Origin: a bacterium
GTDB taxonomy: Bacteria > SAR324 > XYD2-FULL-50-16
NCBI GenBank assembly: GCA_032250835.1
Contig: JAVVEA010000001.1
Location: 416,001 to 480,000, forward strand
DNA length: 64,000 bases
Direction of reading: 5' to 3'
Under the pieces are notes generated by a model, which made no database searches, was not told where the DNA came from, and worked only from the letters and a program-made list of their open reading frames with translations. This document shows, in pieces, positions 15,536 to 25,409 of this stretch. The translations under genes and the position numbers were made by a program. The stretch's first letter is position 1. Each line of letters begins with the position of its first letter.

Positions 15536-15753
15536 TAGCAGCCGCCAGCTCAGCTGAAGCCAGAGGAACCGCCAAAAGAAGGCGCTGAGCCGCCCGACCC
15601 ACCACCGCCACCAAAGGCGAAGGCACTCACCTCGCGGTGGGTTTCAGCGCTGCCGCATTGGGGGCAATTGAGGGGCGCGTCTTTCTCGTCGCCTTTGCGC
15701 AACTCGGTAAAATCGTCGCCGCAGGCCTTACAATGGTAATCAAACAGAGGCAT
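15535..15753 (-). CDS. FmdB-family zinc-ribbon protein, probable selenoprotein ending GFS-U-AGGC
   Basis: MPLFDYHCKAC...CPQC and a Gly/Ser-rich tail. TGA is followed in frame by GCT GGC GGC TGC TAA and a SECIS-like hairpin. Without recoding the CDS ends at 15550. Confidence 0.8.
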
Positions 15754-15781
15754 GGGAGTGATTCATAAAGGTTATGTGAAA

Positions 15782-15823
15782 TAACTATATTCGAATATTA
15801 ATATATGTTAAAGGGCTTGGCAA
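15782..15823 (-). promoter_or_regulatory. sigma70-like promoter of the FmdB gene overlapped by an AT-rich palindromic operator
   Basis: TTGCCA(15823-18)-17 nt-TAATAT(15800-795). TATATT-N8-AATATA flanked by TAAC/GTTA overlaps the -10 and start site. Confidence 0.5.
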
Positions 15824-15901
15824 GACTTTTTTTGCCAGTCTATTCTAACCCAACCCCGACCTAGGGCTTAGGTAGGTGGTGGTGACGCTAAAGGGGGCAG
15901 G

Positions 15902-16381
15902 ATGATCCAGATAAATTCAGGCGGACAGACCGGGGTGGACCGTGGGGCCTTGGATGCGGCTTTAGAGTTGGGCTGGGCGGTCGGCGGATGGTGCCCCCAA
16001 GGCCGCCTGGCCGAAGACGGCCCCATAGAGGCCCGCTACGGGCTCAAGGAGCTACCCGGCGCAGGCTATGCCCAGCGCACGGTTAAAAATGTGGCCGACT
16101 CGCCGGCCACGGTGATCTTACACTTCGGCCCCCTACGCGGCGGGACGGCCTATACCGCCAAAGTGGCACGCCGCTTATCCAAGCCACTTTTATTGCTAGA
16201 CGCCCACAAACTGGATTTAGCTGAGCTGGTCGAAGGGTTTTATGCCTTCCATCTAGAGGTAACCGCCGCCGCTTACAACCTCGCCGGGCCCCGAGCCAGC
16301 AACCAGCCGAGGGCCCATGAGTTGGCGCGGCAGTTGGTCTTGGGCTTTGCGGCCCGCCTCAATACTGAAGACGGCGGCTAG
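15902..16381 (+). CDS. Putative molybdenum carrier (SLOG/YpsA-like) family protein
   Basis: NSGGQTGVDRGALD, GGWCPQGR, RTVKNVADS, GGTAYT, NLAGPRAS. Confidence 0.85.
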   Translation: MIQINSGGQTGVDRGALDAALELGWAVGGWCPQGRLAEDGPIEARYGLKELPGAGYAQRTVKNVADSPATVILHFGPLRGGTAYTAKVARRLSKPLLLLDAHKLDLAELVEGFYAFHLEVTAAAYNLAGPRASNQPRAHELARQLVLGFAARLNTEDGG

Positions 16382-16452
16382 CCAAGTTTGAATCATTGGC
16401 TTAAACTGGATTGAGGAGGAACAGGACCCCTCTTTTTAACCCCGGAGTCGTT

Positions 16453-16881
16453 ATGTCCCAAATCATTCCTTGCCCCGCTTGCCAAGCAAAAAACCGCGTC
16501 CCCGACGACAAGCCCGCCCAAGCGGGAAAATGCGGCCAATGTAAGTCACCCCTTTTTACGGGCCATCCAGTCAACTTGGACCTCAAAAGCTTTGACGCCG
16601 CTATCGCAGGCGACCTGCCGGTGTTGGTCGACTTTTGGGCCGAATGGTGTGGCCCCTGTAAAATGATGGCACCCGTCTTGGCTGAAGCCGCCCAGACCTT
16701 AGAACCTCGTTTACGCATCGCCAAAGTAGATACCGAAAAGGATCAAATCCTAGCGGCACGCTTTGGCATCCGCAGCATCCCGACCTTGGCCCTCTTTCGC
16801 CGCGGTCAGGAACTCGACCGGATCAGCGGAGCCATGCCGCTAGCCCAATTAAAGGCTTGGCTGGACCAAAAACTAGGCTAA
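16453..16881 (+). CDS. trxC: Thioredoxin 2 with N-terminal zinc finger
   Basis: CPAC...CGQC plus WAEWCGPC; start at ATG 16453 (GGAG RBS). Confidence 0.93.
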   Translation: MSQIIPCPACQAKNRVPDDKPAQAGKCGQCKSPLFTGHPVNLDLKSFDAAIAGDLPVLVDFWAEWCGPCKMMAPVLAEAAQTLEPRLRIAKVDTEKDQILAARFGIRSIPTLALFRRGQELDRISGAMPLAQLKAWLDQKLG

Positions 16882-16916
16882 GCTGCAAACCGCTCTTTGG
16901 GAACTAAACCAAATAC

Positions 16917-16945
16917 TTGTCAATTAATACGGCAAAGGGTATGTT
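16917..16945 (+). promoter_or_regulatory. sigma70-like promoter
   Basis: TTGTCA-17 nt-TATGTT upstream of the rhodanese-ferritin gene. Confidence 0.5.
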
Positions 16946-16988
16946 CGTTACCTAATATCTGGCCTTATATCGTTCTTTTCGGTCTTTT

Positions 16989-17828
16989 ATGAAGTGGAAT
17001 GACATCATCACACCGATCGAGCATTTTTCTGCTAAGGAGATGGCGGATTTTATGCGCCAATCACCGCTAGGTAGCTATGAGCTGCTTGATGTGCGCCAGC
17101 CGGCTGAATACGCTGAAGGCCATCTCCCGGGCGCTAGATTGATCCCCTTGGACCAGTTGTTACAGGGCCAGTTCGACTTCGACCCCAGACACACCTTACT
17201 GATCTACTGCCGAGCCGGTAACCGCAGCCTAGCGGCGGCTCAGTACCTAAACCAAATGAACAGCGGTCGGGTGGTCAATTTGGTGGGCGGGATTATGGCC
17301 TGGGAAGACAAGATGGCTACCGGACCCTACGAGCACAACCTCCAGCTCTTTGATCCAGAAACGGAATTTGAAGACGCCCTGTCGTTGGCTTATGCCATGG
17401 AAGAAGGGTTGCGGCGCTTTTATATTTCCTTAGGTGAACGGATAACGGACCCGAAGAGTCAGAAGTTATTAGAGCAACTGGCGGAATTTGAGGAAAACCA
17501 CAAAGCCTCTTTAGATGCCAGCTCCAATTTACCCCAAGGCCCAAAAACCCACCCGTTGCACGGCAAAATTCTAGAAACCGGAAGTCTGGTGGACGAGCTC
17601 TTGGGGCGGGTGGAGTGTTTCATCAACGGCCCGCTGGACGTTTTTGACTTCGCCATGGGGATTGAGGCCCAGGCCTTTGATTTTTATATGCGTCTTAGCT
17701 ACCGCGCCGAAGAAGAAGAATCCTCGCACCTCTTCCGCGACCTAGCCGAAGAAGAGTTAACCCACCTAGACCTGTTGGTCCAAGAAAGTAAGGCATTCCA
17801 CCGCTCAATGAACTCCGGCCTGAACTAA
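16989..17828 (+). CDS. Rhodanese domain fused to rubrerythrin/ferritin-like di-iron domain
   Basis: LLDVRQPAEY, GHLPGA, YCRAGNRS (active Cys); then E..FY/EENH and E..FY/ELTH pairs. Confidence 0.88.
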   Translation: MKWNDIITPIEHFSAKEMADFMRQSPLGSYELLDVRQPAEYAEGHLPGARLIPLDQLLQGQFDFDPRHTLLIYCRAGNRSLAAAQYLNQMNSGRVVNLVGGIMAWEDKMATGPYEHNLQLFDPETEFEDALSLAYAMEEGLRRFYISLGERITDPKSQKLLEQLAEFEENHKASLDASSNLPQGPKTHPLHGKILETGSLVDELLGRVECFINGPLDVFDFAMGIEAQAFDFYMRLSYRAEEEESSHLFRDLAEEELTHLDLLVQESKAFHRSMNSGLN

Positions 17829-18562
17829 CGGCGCAGTTGCCCCTTGTGGAATCGCGATTCGGGGATCTCCTGATCAAACAGCAACTCCTCGACCGTAAAC
17901 TCCGTCCCCTGCCCGGATTTAAGTACATCCTTAAAGCGCATCCGCTGGGGGTACCATCCCTTGGTGGTCTGCATGACTTCTAGGGTTTCTAGCACCTTGA
18001 GCAACTTGCCGCTGGCGGCGAAAAGCTCTTGGCGTAGCGGGACGTATCGTTCCTTATCAACCCACAATCGGATTTTCTGGTAGGCTACGTCGGGCACCTG
18101 AGCACTCAGTAGGATGCGGTAGACCGGGCGTCCTTGAATCTCTTCCTCGCCCTCTAAAAGGGCCTCGTACAGCTCCTCTCGGGGGCGTCGCTCCATCATG
18201 TCTTCGTAGCTCATATCGCTGCCCATCACCTCGCGCCGCAGCATATGGCCCGAAATGTTAACCACCCGGTCGGCGCTGGGGTAATAGATCCAAAGCTGAT
18301 CCCCCAGTTTAAGCATCTTGGTGCCCCGCTCGCGGGCCGGGGCTAGATATTCGGTAAAGGATTGGTCTTTGCCTAAGATCCAGCTTTTTGATTCGATGCT
18401 GCGGGTCGCCCGTTTGCCGTGGATCACCATGGTGGAGGTGATCACCTGATTTTTTGAATTCAACGATTGGTCCATCTTGCGGACAATGGACATCGCCTCT
18501 GGTGCGGCCTTTAAGGAGGTAAAGGTAAGGAGCCAAAGACTTAGTAAGATCATTATTTTCAT
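17825..18562 (-). CDS. LolA-like outer-membrane lipoprotein-sorting protein
   Basis: Signal peptide; PARERGTKMLK, WIYYPS, MGSDMSYED, LWVDKE motifs. Confidence 0.85.
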   Translation of the reverse strand: MKIMILLSLWLLTFTSLKAAPEAMSIVRKMDQSLNSKNQVITSTMVIHGKRATRSIESKSWILGKDQSFTEYLAPARERGTKMLKLGDQLWIYYPSADRVVNISGHMLRREVMGSDMSYEDMMERRPREELYEALLEGEEEIQGRPVYRILLSAQVPDVAYQKIRLWVDKERYVPLRQELFAASGKLLKVLETLEVMQTTKGWYPQRMRFKDVLKSGQGTEFTVEELLFDQEIPESRFHKGQLRR

Positions 18563-18570
18563 GCCAACTC

Positions 18571-19845
18571 CTATACCTCTAGTTCCACAAACAGGCGGGA
18601 GGTGTCCCGCCGGAAAATCCCCAACCCCGAAACCAACGCCCCCAACAAAGGCGCAGCAATGCCCGGCAGTAACCCGGAAACAAAAGTGGCGGGCACCACC
18701 TGGGCCCGGATGCGGTCCTCAAATAACATGGCCATCTCGCCGGTCATCATCGCAGTGATGTCGATCCCCACCTCTTGCATCCAGTATGCGGGAATCAAGC
18801 CCAGAGCGGTTCCGATCAGGGTACCGCCCAACCCGATCAAAAGGCTTTCTAACAGCAAGGTTCCATAGACCTGCCGCTTTGTTTCACCCATCGCCAAGCG
18901 CACGCCCATCTCCGAATAGCGCCGGATACCGCTCATCAAGCCGGTGTTCCACAAGACAATGCCCATGATCAAAATAAAGATCACATAAACGTAAGTCATC
19001 ACCTGCGCATAGATCGCAAACAGAGATTCCAGGTCGTCTTGTTCTTCGAGCATCAACATCACCGGGCCGTAGGGGTCCGAGTCGCCCGGGTGCTGGGCGT
19101 TGAAGTTGCGCACAAGAGCTTCTGGGCGGTGGTAAAAATAGTTTCCATCACGGTAAAACCCGAAGATTGCGGTCGCACCGTTGCCTAAAGCCAAGAATTC
19201 CTGAGCTCCGCGCAATTCCATCACCAGCGCGCTGCGGTCGAGCGCGATCACGCCAAACCGAAGGGTACCGACCAGTTTAAAATTCCCCACCGCCATACCC
19301 CCGTTGACATCCCCGCCAATTAGGGTGATTGGGTCACCCAACTGAAGGCCCATTTTATCCATAAAAACTTGGGCAATCAGCAGTTCACTGGGACTTTCAG
19401 GCAACCGCCCTGAGGCCAAGGATTTTTTTAAGTTCAACGTCTGGACCTCGCTTCGCGGGCTCAGCAGGTCCACGGCGGTCACCGAAGCGGTCGCCTGGAA
19501 CTTGGTTTCTCCTGCCGCATCGGGCGCATCGAGCAGCGCCCCAAAATAGATGCGTTCGTGCCAACTCATCTGCGGTATCTGTTCCTCAAGCTGGTTTAAC
19601 AAGGGGCCATTGCCCAACAGGGCAAGATCGGGGCTCTGTTGGTTGGCTTTGACTGCCGCTTGGGTCAAGACCTTGACATGTCCGGTGTTAAAGCGGGCCG
19701 TAGAACGGTATAGCCCCCCGACCGCGCCGGTGATGTAGGCCTGCATAAAAACCACCATGGCCACGCCCAAGGAGATCACCAGGAGGGGAAAGAAGCTGCG
19801 GGACCGGTCCCTTAAGAGACCTTTAAATAAAAAACTAAGCATCAT
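18571..19845 (-). CDS. ABC transporter permease, FtsX/LolC-E type
   Basis: N-terminal TM, large periplasmic domain, RRYSEMGVRLAMG, three C-terminal TMs. Confidence 0.9.
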   Translation of the reverse strand: MMLSFLFKGLLRDRSRSFFPLLVISLGVAMVVFMQAYITGAVGGLYRSTARFNTGHVKVLTQAAVKANQQSPDLALLGNGPLLNQLEEQIPQMSWHERIYFGALLDAPDAAGETKFQATASVTAVDLLSPRSEVQTLNLKKSLASGRLPESPSELLIAQVFMDKMGLQLGDPITLIGGDVNGGMAVGNFKLVGTLRFGVIALDRSALVMELRGAQEFLALGNGATAIFGFYRDGNYFYHRPEALVRNFNAQHPGDSDPYGPVMLMLEEQDDLESLFAIYAQVMTYVYVIFILIMGIVLWNTGLMSGIRRYSEMGVRLAMGETKRQVYGTLLLESLLIGLGGTLIGTALGLIPAYWMQEVGIDITAMMTGEMAMLFEDRIRAQVVPATFVSGLLPGIAAPLLGALVSGLGIFRRDTSRLFVELEV

Positions 19846-21011
19846 AGCCTCCCACTCAGCGCGTTAGCGGGGCTCATTTTCGCGATCACGCGCACTGGCC
19901 AGAAGCTAACGAAGACCACCATGGCGTTGACCAACAACACCGCGGTTAGAACCTTCCCCCAGCCAAAGAGGGGATAAAAAACCTGCCCAAAGGCCATCCC
20001 GAAGTCCTCACCGCTGATGCCCATATCCAAACCCGTTTGGGTGCTCCAATAAAACAGCGGCCCTGCCCAAACTAGGGTCACCAAGCTGGCCAAGATACCC
20101 TGCAGGGACCCCTCGACCACGAAGAGGTAGGTTACCTTGGCGTTGCTCATGCCTAAGGCCATGAAGGTGCCGATCTCCTTCTTGCGGCGGAAGACCGCCA
20201 AGGCCTGGGTATCGAAAACGGCAATCAGGCCCAAAAGCAGCAACAAAGCAAAGAAGAAACTTTGCCCCGCACTTTTGGTCTGGACCATTTCCAGGGTGTC
20301 GCGCATCAGGTAATCGACGTCGCGAAAAACCCATCCACTCGGAGCCGAAGGGGTAACACCCGGCTTGACCCACAACAGGCTGGTGAAGCTTTGGGTCTGG
20401 TTCATCTGGTTGAGCTTTGAATAACTCAAATATATTTGCCCCTGATCCATAGCGGGCACCTGAGTCTCCAGCAAAGCCACCACCTCCGCGTCCAACGCGT
20501 TGATAGCCCCGGCTTGGGTCCGCCACCGTAGCGTGACGAGGTCGCCGGTGCTGACCCCTAAGTTCTTGGCAAAATGCCTCCCAATCATCACCTTCAAATT
20601 CCCGTCGCTCAGTTCACCCGCAAGGGGTGAAAAATCCAATTCCAGGCAGTTCTGTTCGGGGTCCACCCCCTTCAGCAAAACATTCTTAAACCGTTCCTTA
20701 GCATAGATCCCGCCGGAGAGTAGCAACACCGGGCAGGCCGAGCCTTGGGCGACCAGTGGGCTCAAAGCGGCCGGTTGCAATGAGCGTGAATCCTCTAGGG
20801 TCATGGGATCGAAAGGGTCGTAGCTCTCTTGCCAGAGTTGGCCGCCGCCTATCTCTTCGGCAACGCGCAGGCTGCTCATTTCATCCAGCATACCGGCCAT
20901 GAGCCCCTGCAAGAAGATGATGCTCGCCAGCGTCAAGGAAAGCACAAAAACATTGAGCCAAGTCCGCAGCCCTGCGGCAAAAAGGTTTTTTAGCGCGATC
21001 TTGAATATCAT
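19842..21011 (-). CDS. ABC transporter permease, FtsX/LolC-E type
   Basis: KIALKNL, RRKKEIGTFMALG, SPANAL. Confidence 0.9.
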   Translation of the reverse strand: MIFKIALKNLFAAGLRTWLNVFVLSLTLASIIFLQGLMAGMLDEMSSLRVAEEIGGGQLWQESYDPFDPMTLEDSRSLQPAALSPLVAQGSACPVLLLSGGIYAKERFKNVLLKGVDPEQNCLELDFSPLAGELSDGNLKVMIGRHFAKNLGVSTGDLVTLRWRTQAGAINALDAEVVALLETQVPAMDQGQIYLSYSKLNQMNQTQSFTSLLWVKPGVTPSAPSGWVFRDVDYLMRDTLEMVQTKSAGQSFFFALLLLLGLIAVFDTQALAVFRRKKEIGTFMALGMSNAKVTYLFVVEGSLQGILASLVTLVWAGPLFYWSTQTGLDMGISGEDFGMAFGQVFYPLFGWGKVLTAVLLVNAMVVFVSFWPVRVIAKMSPANALSGRL

Positions 21012-21718
21012 CAGACCTCCGCTGGCTGCGGAACCTGGGTCCGGTCTTCGGCGACGCTGCCGTCTTTTAAGGTGATCACCCGCCGCAGGTAGTTGATCAC
21101 CTTCTGGTCGTGGGTCGAGAAGAGGAAGGTGGTGCCGGTCTCTTGGTTGATCTGCAACATCGCATCTAAAATATTGTAGCTATTTTCGCTATCCAAGTTA
21201 GCGGTGGGCTCATCGGCCAAGACCAACTTCGGCTTCTTGACCATCGCCCGGGCGATAGCCACCCGCTGGCATTGCCCACCCGAAAGCTGACCTGGGCGGC
21301 TGTTGACCTTGTCACTCAAGCCTACCCACTCCAAGGCCTCCATCACCGCGGCGCGTTTTTGCGTAGCGCCCCAACCGGCTAAGATCAACGGCAGTTCTAC
21401 GTTTTCGTAAACGCTGTAAACATTCAGCAAGTTAAAGGTCTGGAAGATAAACCCAAAGTGGTCGAGCCGCAATTTGGCCGCCTCACTGGCCCCCAAACCG
21501 GAGATTCGCCGCGAGCCCAGCATCACCTCCCCGCTAGTGGGTTGGTCCAAGGCCCCGATGATGTTAAGCAAGGTGGTCTTTCCCGACCCCGAAGGCCCTA
21601 CCAACCCAGCGAATTCCCCGGCCCCCAAATCCAAATCCACGCCCTTGAGGGCATAAAAGGCCTCTCCGCCCATTGGGTAAATTTTGTTTAATCCACGAAT
21701 GCCCATCAATTCGTTCAT
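21011..21718 (-). CDS. ABC transporter ATP-binding protein, LolD/MacB type
   Basis: [26 protein letters not shown]. Confidence 0.95.
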   Translation of the reverse strand: MNELMGIRGLNKIYPMGGEAFYALKGVDLDLGAGEFAGLVGPSGSGKTTLLNIIGALDQPTSGEVMLGSRRISGLGASEAAKLRLDHFGFIFQTFNLLNVYSVYENVELPLILAGWGATQKRAAVMEALEWVGLSDKVNSRPGQLSGGQCQRVAIARAMVKKPKLVLADEPTANLDSENSYNILDAMLQINQETGTTFLFSTHDQKVINYLRRVITLKDGSVAEDRTQVPQPAEV

Positions 21719-21726
21719 CTGATCCC

Positions 21727-22800
21727 TTAATGGTTGTACTGGACCACCAACCCCGCCCCCCAGCGGGCGTCATCCTGGTTAGTATTGAGCTTAAATACCG
21801 AAAGATTCCAAAGCAGATTATCGTAGCTACGCTGCCAGTCGAACCGAGCCTGCTGGGCTTGGGGTTCTTCGGTGGTGAACCAACTGATCCGGTAATTATC
21901 CAATAGGCCAAACCCCAGACTGGCCATCAAGGCGTTCGATTGCGCACTCCGGTTCCAGGCGGCCCCGCCGCTCCGGGTGTCTTTGCGGTAGTGTTCGGCG
22001 GTTAGCAACAGCCCTTCGAGCCAGTTGATCGAAGTATCCATGCCCAGCGTGCCCCAACGCTCGTCCTGCGCCGACGGACCCTCCCGCGCGCGGGTCAAGC
22101 CGACCCCTTCTACCCAAGCCCCCAGGTAGGTAAAGTCCGCCTTGGCGTCGAGGGCTAGCCGGCTTTCTGGAACTGACTCTTGGCCGGGTAGGGACAGGGT
22201 TCTTCGGTGCAGCGTCAATCCCGCCTCGAGGGCTTCAAAAGAAAGCTGGGCACGTCCGCCCCATTCTACCCGATGTTTCTCAGAGGCGTAAGGAGTCAAG
22301 GCATATAGATCCTGATTACCACCCAGCGACCAGAGCCAAAAGGTCGAGTTTTCTTTCGTGGAGACCCGCAACAAAGCTCCTTTGACCCCTTTGGTGAAGC
22401 CCGTAGGGTCCAGGGGGTCTTTCTGGTCAAACCATTGTAAACTACGCAGCAACACCGCCGGTCCGAAGCTCAACTCTTGCAAGCCCAACCGGAGTTCGGT
22501 GTTCGGGTCAAAAACACGGCCCCAGGCCCGCAACAGCTCCGCTTCGGTTTCTAAAGCCTGAGCGTTGGTTTGCTGGTGGTATAGGTAACCGGCCAACTGG
22601 GCATCCCAAGCCCAAGCCCTTTCTCCGGCTCCCTCTAGCTCCCATTGCGGGAGGTAGCGCAGCTGCCAATCCGATGTTTTTTGATCGACCATGCCTTGGC
22701 TCACAAAAGCGGCTTCGCCCCGGTAAGCCCAATTTTGGGCCTCAACCAAGCCCGGCATCCCCACCAAACAGAGCCAAAGCCCAAGCCATTTATAGCCCAC
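21727..22800 (-). CDS. Putative outer-membrane beta-barrel protein
   Basis: Signal peptide, amphipathic strands rich in W/Y, LRLGLQELSFG...D..DP motif, ends GLVVQYNH. Confidence 0.7.
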   Translation of the reverse strand: MGYKWLGLWLCLVGMPGLVEAQNWAYRGEAAFVSQGMVDQKTSDWQLRYLPQWELEGAGERAWAWDAQLAGYLYHQQTNAQALETEAELLRAWGRVFDPNTELRLGLQELSFGPAVLLRSLQWFDQKDPLDPTGFTKGVKGALLRVSTKENSTFWLWSLGGNQDLYALTPYASEKHRVEWGGRAQLSFEALEAGLTLHRRTLSLPGQESVPESRLALDAKADFTYLGAWVEGVGLTRAREGPSAQDERWGTLGMDTSINWLEGLLLTAEHYRKDTRSGGAAWNRSAQSNALMASLGFGLLDNYRISWFTTEEPQAQQARFDWQRSYDNLLWNLSVFKLNTNQDDARWGAGLVVQYNH

Positions 22801-23275
22801 CTTGTCTCCTCCGGCGTTGCCGCTCGATCACCCGTTCGACCAGCGCTGGCCATTCTTCTTCTAAAGCGGCGTAGAGCTCTTGCATTTCCTCTAACATCCG
22901 GCGGCTGCGACCGGCATCTTCAGGTAACATCTGCAAGCCCCGCTGGGCTAGATCCCGCATGATCGAAAATTTCATGTTAGAGCCCTGCAATGAGGCGGCC
23001 CAGGGGTGCGCCGCAGCGCGGTAATAGTCGGCCCTTTTGCCGGGATAAGCACGGCGCTCCACAAAGGACAACAGCTCTAACATCTTTAAGGCCGTACTCA
23101 CCGAGCTTTTGGCGGCCTTTAGGTTTTTCACCATATCGCCCATGGTCTGTTCGGCGGGCTCACAAACCAACAGGTAGCCCATCACCCGGCCGGGCATCCG
23201 GGGAACGCCGAATTGCTCGAACACCAAACCAAATTCTTGAATAAACTGTTCAGGCCCGCTGAGCTTTCGATCCAT
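22790..23275 (-). CDS. GbsR/MarR-family transcriptional regulator
   Basis: FEQFGVPRMPGRVMGYLL, KSSVSTALKML, GKRADYY. Confidence 0.88.
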   Translation of the reverse strand: MDRKLSGPEQFIQEFGLVFEQFGVPRMPGRVMGYLLVCEPAEQTMGDMVKNLKAAKSSVSTALKMLELLSFVERRAYPGKRADYYRAAAHPWAASLQGSNMKFSIMRDLAQRGLQMLPEDAGRSRRMLEEMQELYAALEEEWPALVERVIERQRRRRQGGL

Positions 23276-23302
23276 GAATTCCTTCTGATCCTAGTTTATT
23301 TC

Positions 23303-23342
23303 ATAGTATAAAGTTCTCAGTGTTCGGTCAATACCGAACACT
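23303..23342 (-). promoter_or_regulatory. Promoter with a perfect 10-4-10 palindromic operator over the -35
   Basis: AGTGTTCGGT-CAAT-ACCGAACACT (23319-42); minus-strand TTGACC-17 nt-TACTAT. Confidence 0.7.
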
Positions 23343-23475
23343 AAAAACCAATATCCTAAAAGTAGCAGGAGGGGGATTTTATATATCATTCTCTTTCCAT
23401 TTCTAGTTTGGACGTATATAGTGAATAGTCTGTTCGTCCTTAAGGGACGTCACCTTAACTAGAATAGAGGAGTCA

Positions 23476-25377
23476 ATGAGCGTTAAAACACGCCTGATCG
23501 TTTTGGGTGCTTTAGGTTTTGTAGCCATCTTGGTCAGTTTTGCTGCCGGATTACTGGTTGGCGGGCCCGTTGCCTTTGTCGCGATTGCCGTCTGCTTGAT
23601 CGGTTATGCGGGATTCTTAACTTTTGTCTTCACCTCCGTCAGTGGTGCCTTCAAGCAATTCATCAGCTGTATGGACGAGGTTTTAGAACGAGGCGACCTA
23701 TCGGCGGCTCAAGATTTCTGCGGTAAAAACGAGTTTGGGCATATTGGAGACCGGCTCAAAAGCTTTGCCGATCAAGTCCATTGCAAGATCGAAATAGCTG
23801 AGCGAGTCGCTCACGGCAACCTTTCTGCAGATTGTCCGGTGGTCTCTGATCACGACCGCTTGGGACTCGCCATGTCTCGGATGATCCGCAGCCTCCAGCA
23901 AAAAGCCAAAACCTTAGACCTCCTCTCCAAAGGTAACACCACCGTGGTCTTCAAACGCGACTCTGCCGAAGACGATCTGGGCACGGCGATGGAGCACCTA
24001 TACAAGAATCTACTGGCCAAGACTGAGGTCACCTCTAAGATCGCCACCGGCGACCTCTCGCTAGATATTTCTTTGGCTTCACCAGAGGACTTTTTGGGTA
24101 AATCGGTGCAGAAGATGACCACCGATCTGAACAACATGATCCGCGACGTCACCATTGCCGCGCACCAGCTAAGCAACAACACCGACGACATCAACCGCCG
24201 GGCCTTAAACGTGGCCGAAGCGGCGGACAACATGAACGACACCATTGCCGGGGTGGCCAAAAGCACCGAGGAAATCAACTCGGCCATCAACAGCATTTCT
24301 GCCGCCGCCAACCAGATCACCAGCACCATGGAAGGCGTCGAAACCTCCGTAGTGGGCATGACCGACTCGATCAAGGACGTTGCCTCAAAATCCAAAAATA
24401 CCACTTCGGTGCTTGCTTCGGCGCGCAAGATGGCCGCCGACGCCGACAAAGGAATGCAGGCCTTAAACGATTCAGCCATGGAGATTAGCTCGGTTTCGGG
24501 CATGATCCAAAAAGTGGCCGCTCAAACCAACATGTTAGCGCTTAACGCCAACATCGAAGCGGTCAGCGCCGGTAAGTTAGGCAAGGGATTTGAAGTGGTT
24601 GCCCATGAAGTCAAAAGCCTAGCCGTTCAAACGGCCACCAGCGCAGAGAACATCTCAAATAAGATTAGCTCTGTACAAGAGCAGGTTCGTTCGGTCACCA
24701 CGGTGATCAACGAGATCGTTGAGATCGTCACGACGATCGCTAGCTCCTCCGAAGCAATCAGCGACGCGGCGGAATCCCAGAGCATCACCTCAATGGAGAT
24801 CACCAGCAGCGTCAAAGAAACCAGCAAGGCTATCGCCGAAATTGCCCACCTGCTGGCCAACTTGACCGGTGGCGCAGAGAAGCTATCGGGCAGTTCGTCT
24901 CAGATGGCTCAAGGCAGCGCAGAGGTGCTCGACAGCATGCAAAACATCACCGAAAGTGTGCGCCAAGCCGAAGAGGTTAGCAAGAACCTGAGCGAACTGA
25001 TCAGCCGCTTCAAACTCGCCGATTCAACGATCTTCGAAAAGGCCATCGGCGACCATATGGTTTGGAAGGAGCGCTTAGAACGCTTGATTTCAGGCAACGA
25101 TCCTTTAGAAGACGCCCAATTTGTTTCACACCGCCACTGCCGCTTCGGCAAATGGCTTTATGATGGGGCTTTAGAAGAATTCGCCCAATACCCGCAGATG
25201 GCTGAGATTGAACCGACCCACGAGGAGATCCACAACACCATCCGCAACGTGATCGAGAGTCTACAAGCCGGTGACGAAGCCAAGGCGCGCAAAGAACTGA
25301 ACAGGTTTTATCCGCTCTCTGAAGAGTTGGTGAAGTTGCTGCGCGAAATCCAATCAGCCAGCCAAAAAGCGGCCTAA
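23476..25377 (+). CDS. Chemoreceptor with tandem HAMPs and C-terminal CZB zinc-binding domain
   Basis: 2 TM, repeated GDLS/GNLS..D.LG HAMP units, MCP tip, DHMVWK...HRHCRFGKW...HEEIH. Confidence 0.9.
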   Translation: MSVKTRLIVLGALGFVAILVSFAAGLLVGGPVAFVAIAVCLIGYAGFLTFVFTSVSGAFKQFISCMDEVLERGDLSAAQDFCGKNEFGHIGDRLKSFADQVHCKIEIAERVAHGNLSADCPVVSDHDRLGLAMSRMIRSLQQKAKTLDLLSKGNTTVVFKRDSAEDDLGTAMEHLYKNLLAKTEVTSKIATGDLSLDISLASPEDFLGKSVQKMTTDLNNMIRDVTIAAHQLSNNTDDINRRALNVAEAADNMNDTIAGVAKSTEEINSAINSISAAANQITSTMEGVETSVVGMTDSIKDVASKSKNTTSVLASARKMAADADKGMQALNDSAMEISSVSGMIQKVAAQTNMLALNANIEAVSAGKLGKGFEVVAHEVKSLAVQTATSAENISNKISSVQEQVRSVTTVINEIVEIVTTIASSSEAISDAAESQSITSMEITSSVKETSKAIAEIAHLLANLTGGAEKLSGSSSQMAQGSAEVLDSMQNITESVRQAEEVSKNLSELISRFKLADSTIFEKAIGDHMVWKERLERLISGNDPLEDAQFVSHRHCRFGKWLYDGALEEFAQYPQMAEIEPTHEEIHNTIRNVIESLQAGDEAKARKELNRFYPLSEELVKLLREIQSASQKAA

Positions 25378-25382
25378 AGGCT

Positions 25383-25409
25383 AGACAGACCGGAGCACCC
25401 GGTCTGTCT
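25383..25409 (+). terminator. Hairpin, probable terminator
   Basis: AGACAGACCGG-AGCAC-CCGGTCTGTCT immediately after the stop; short T tract. Confidence 0.6.
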
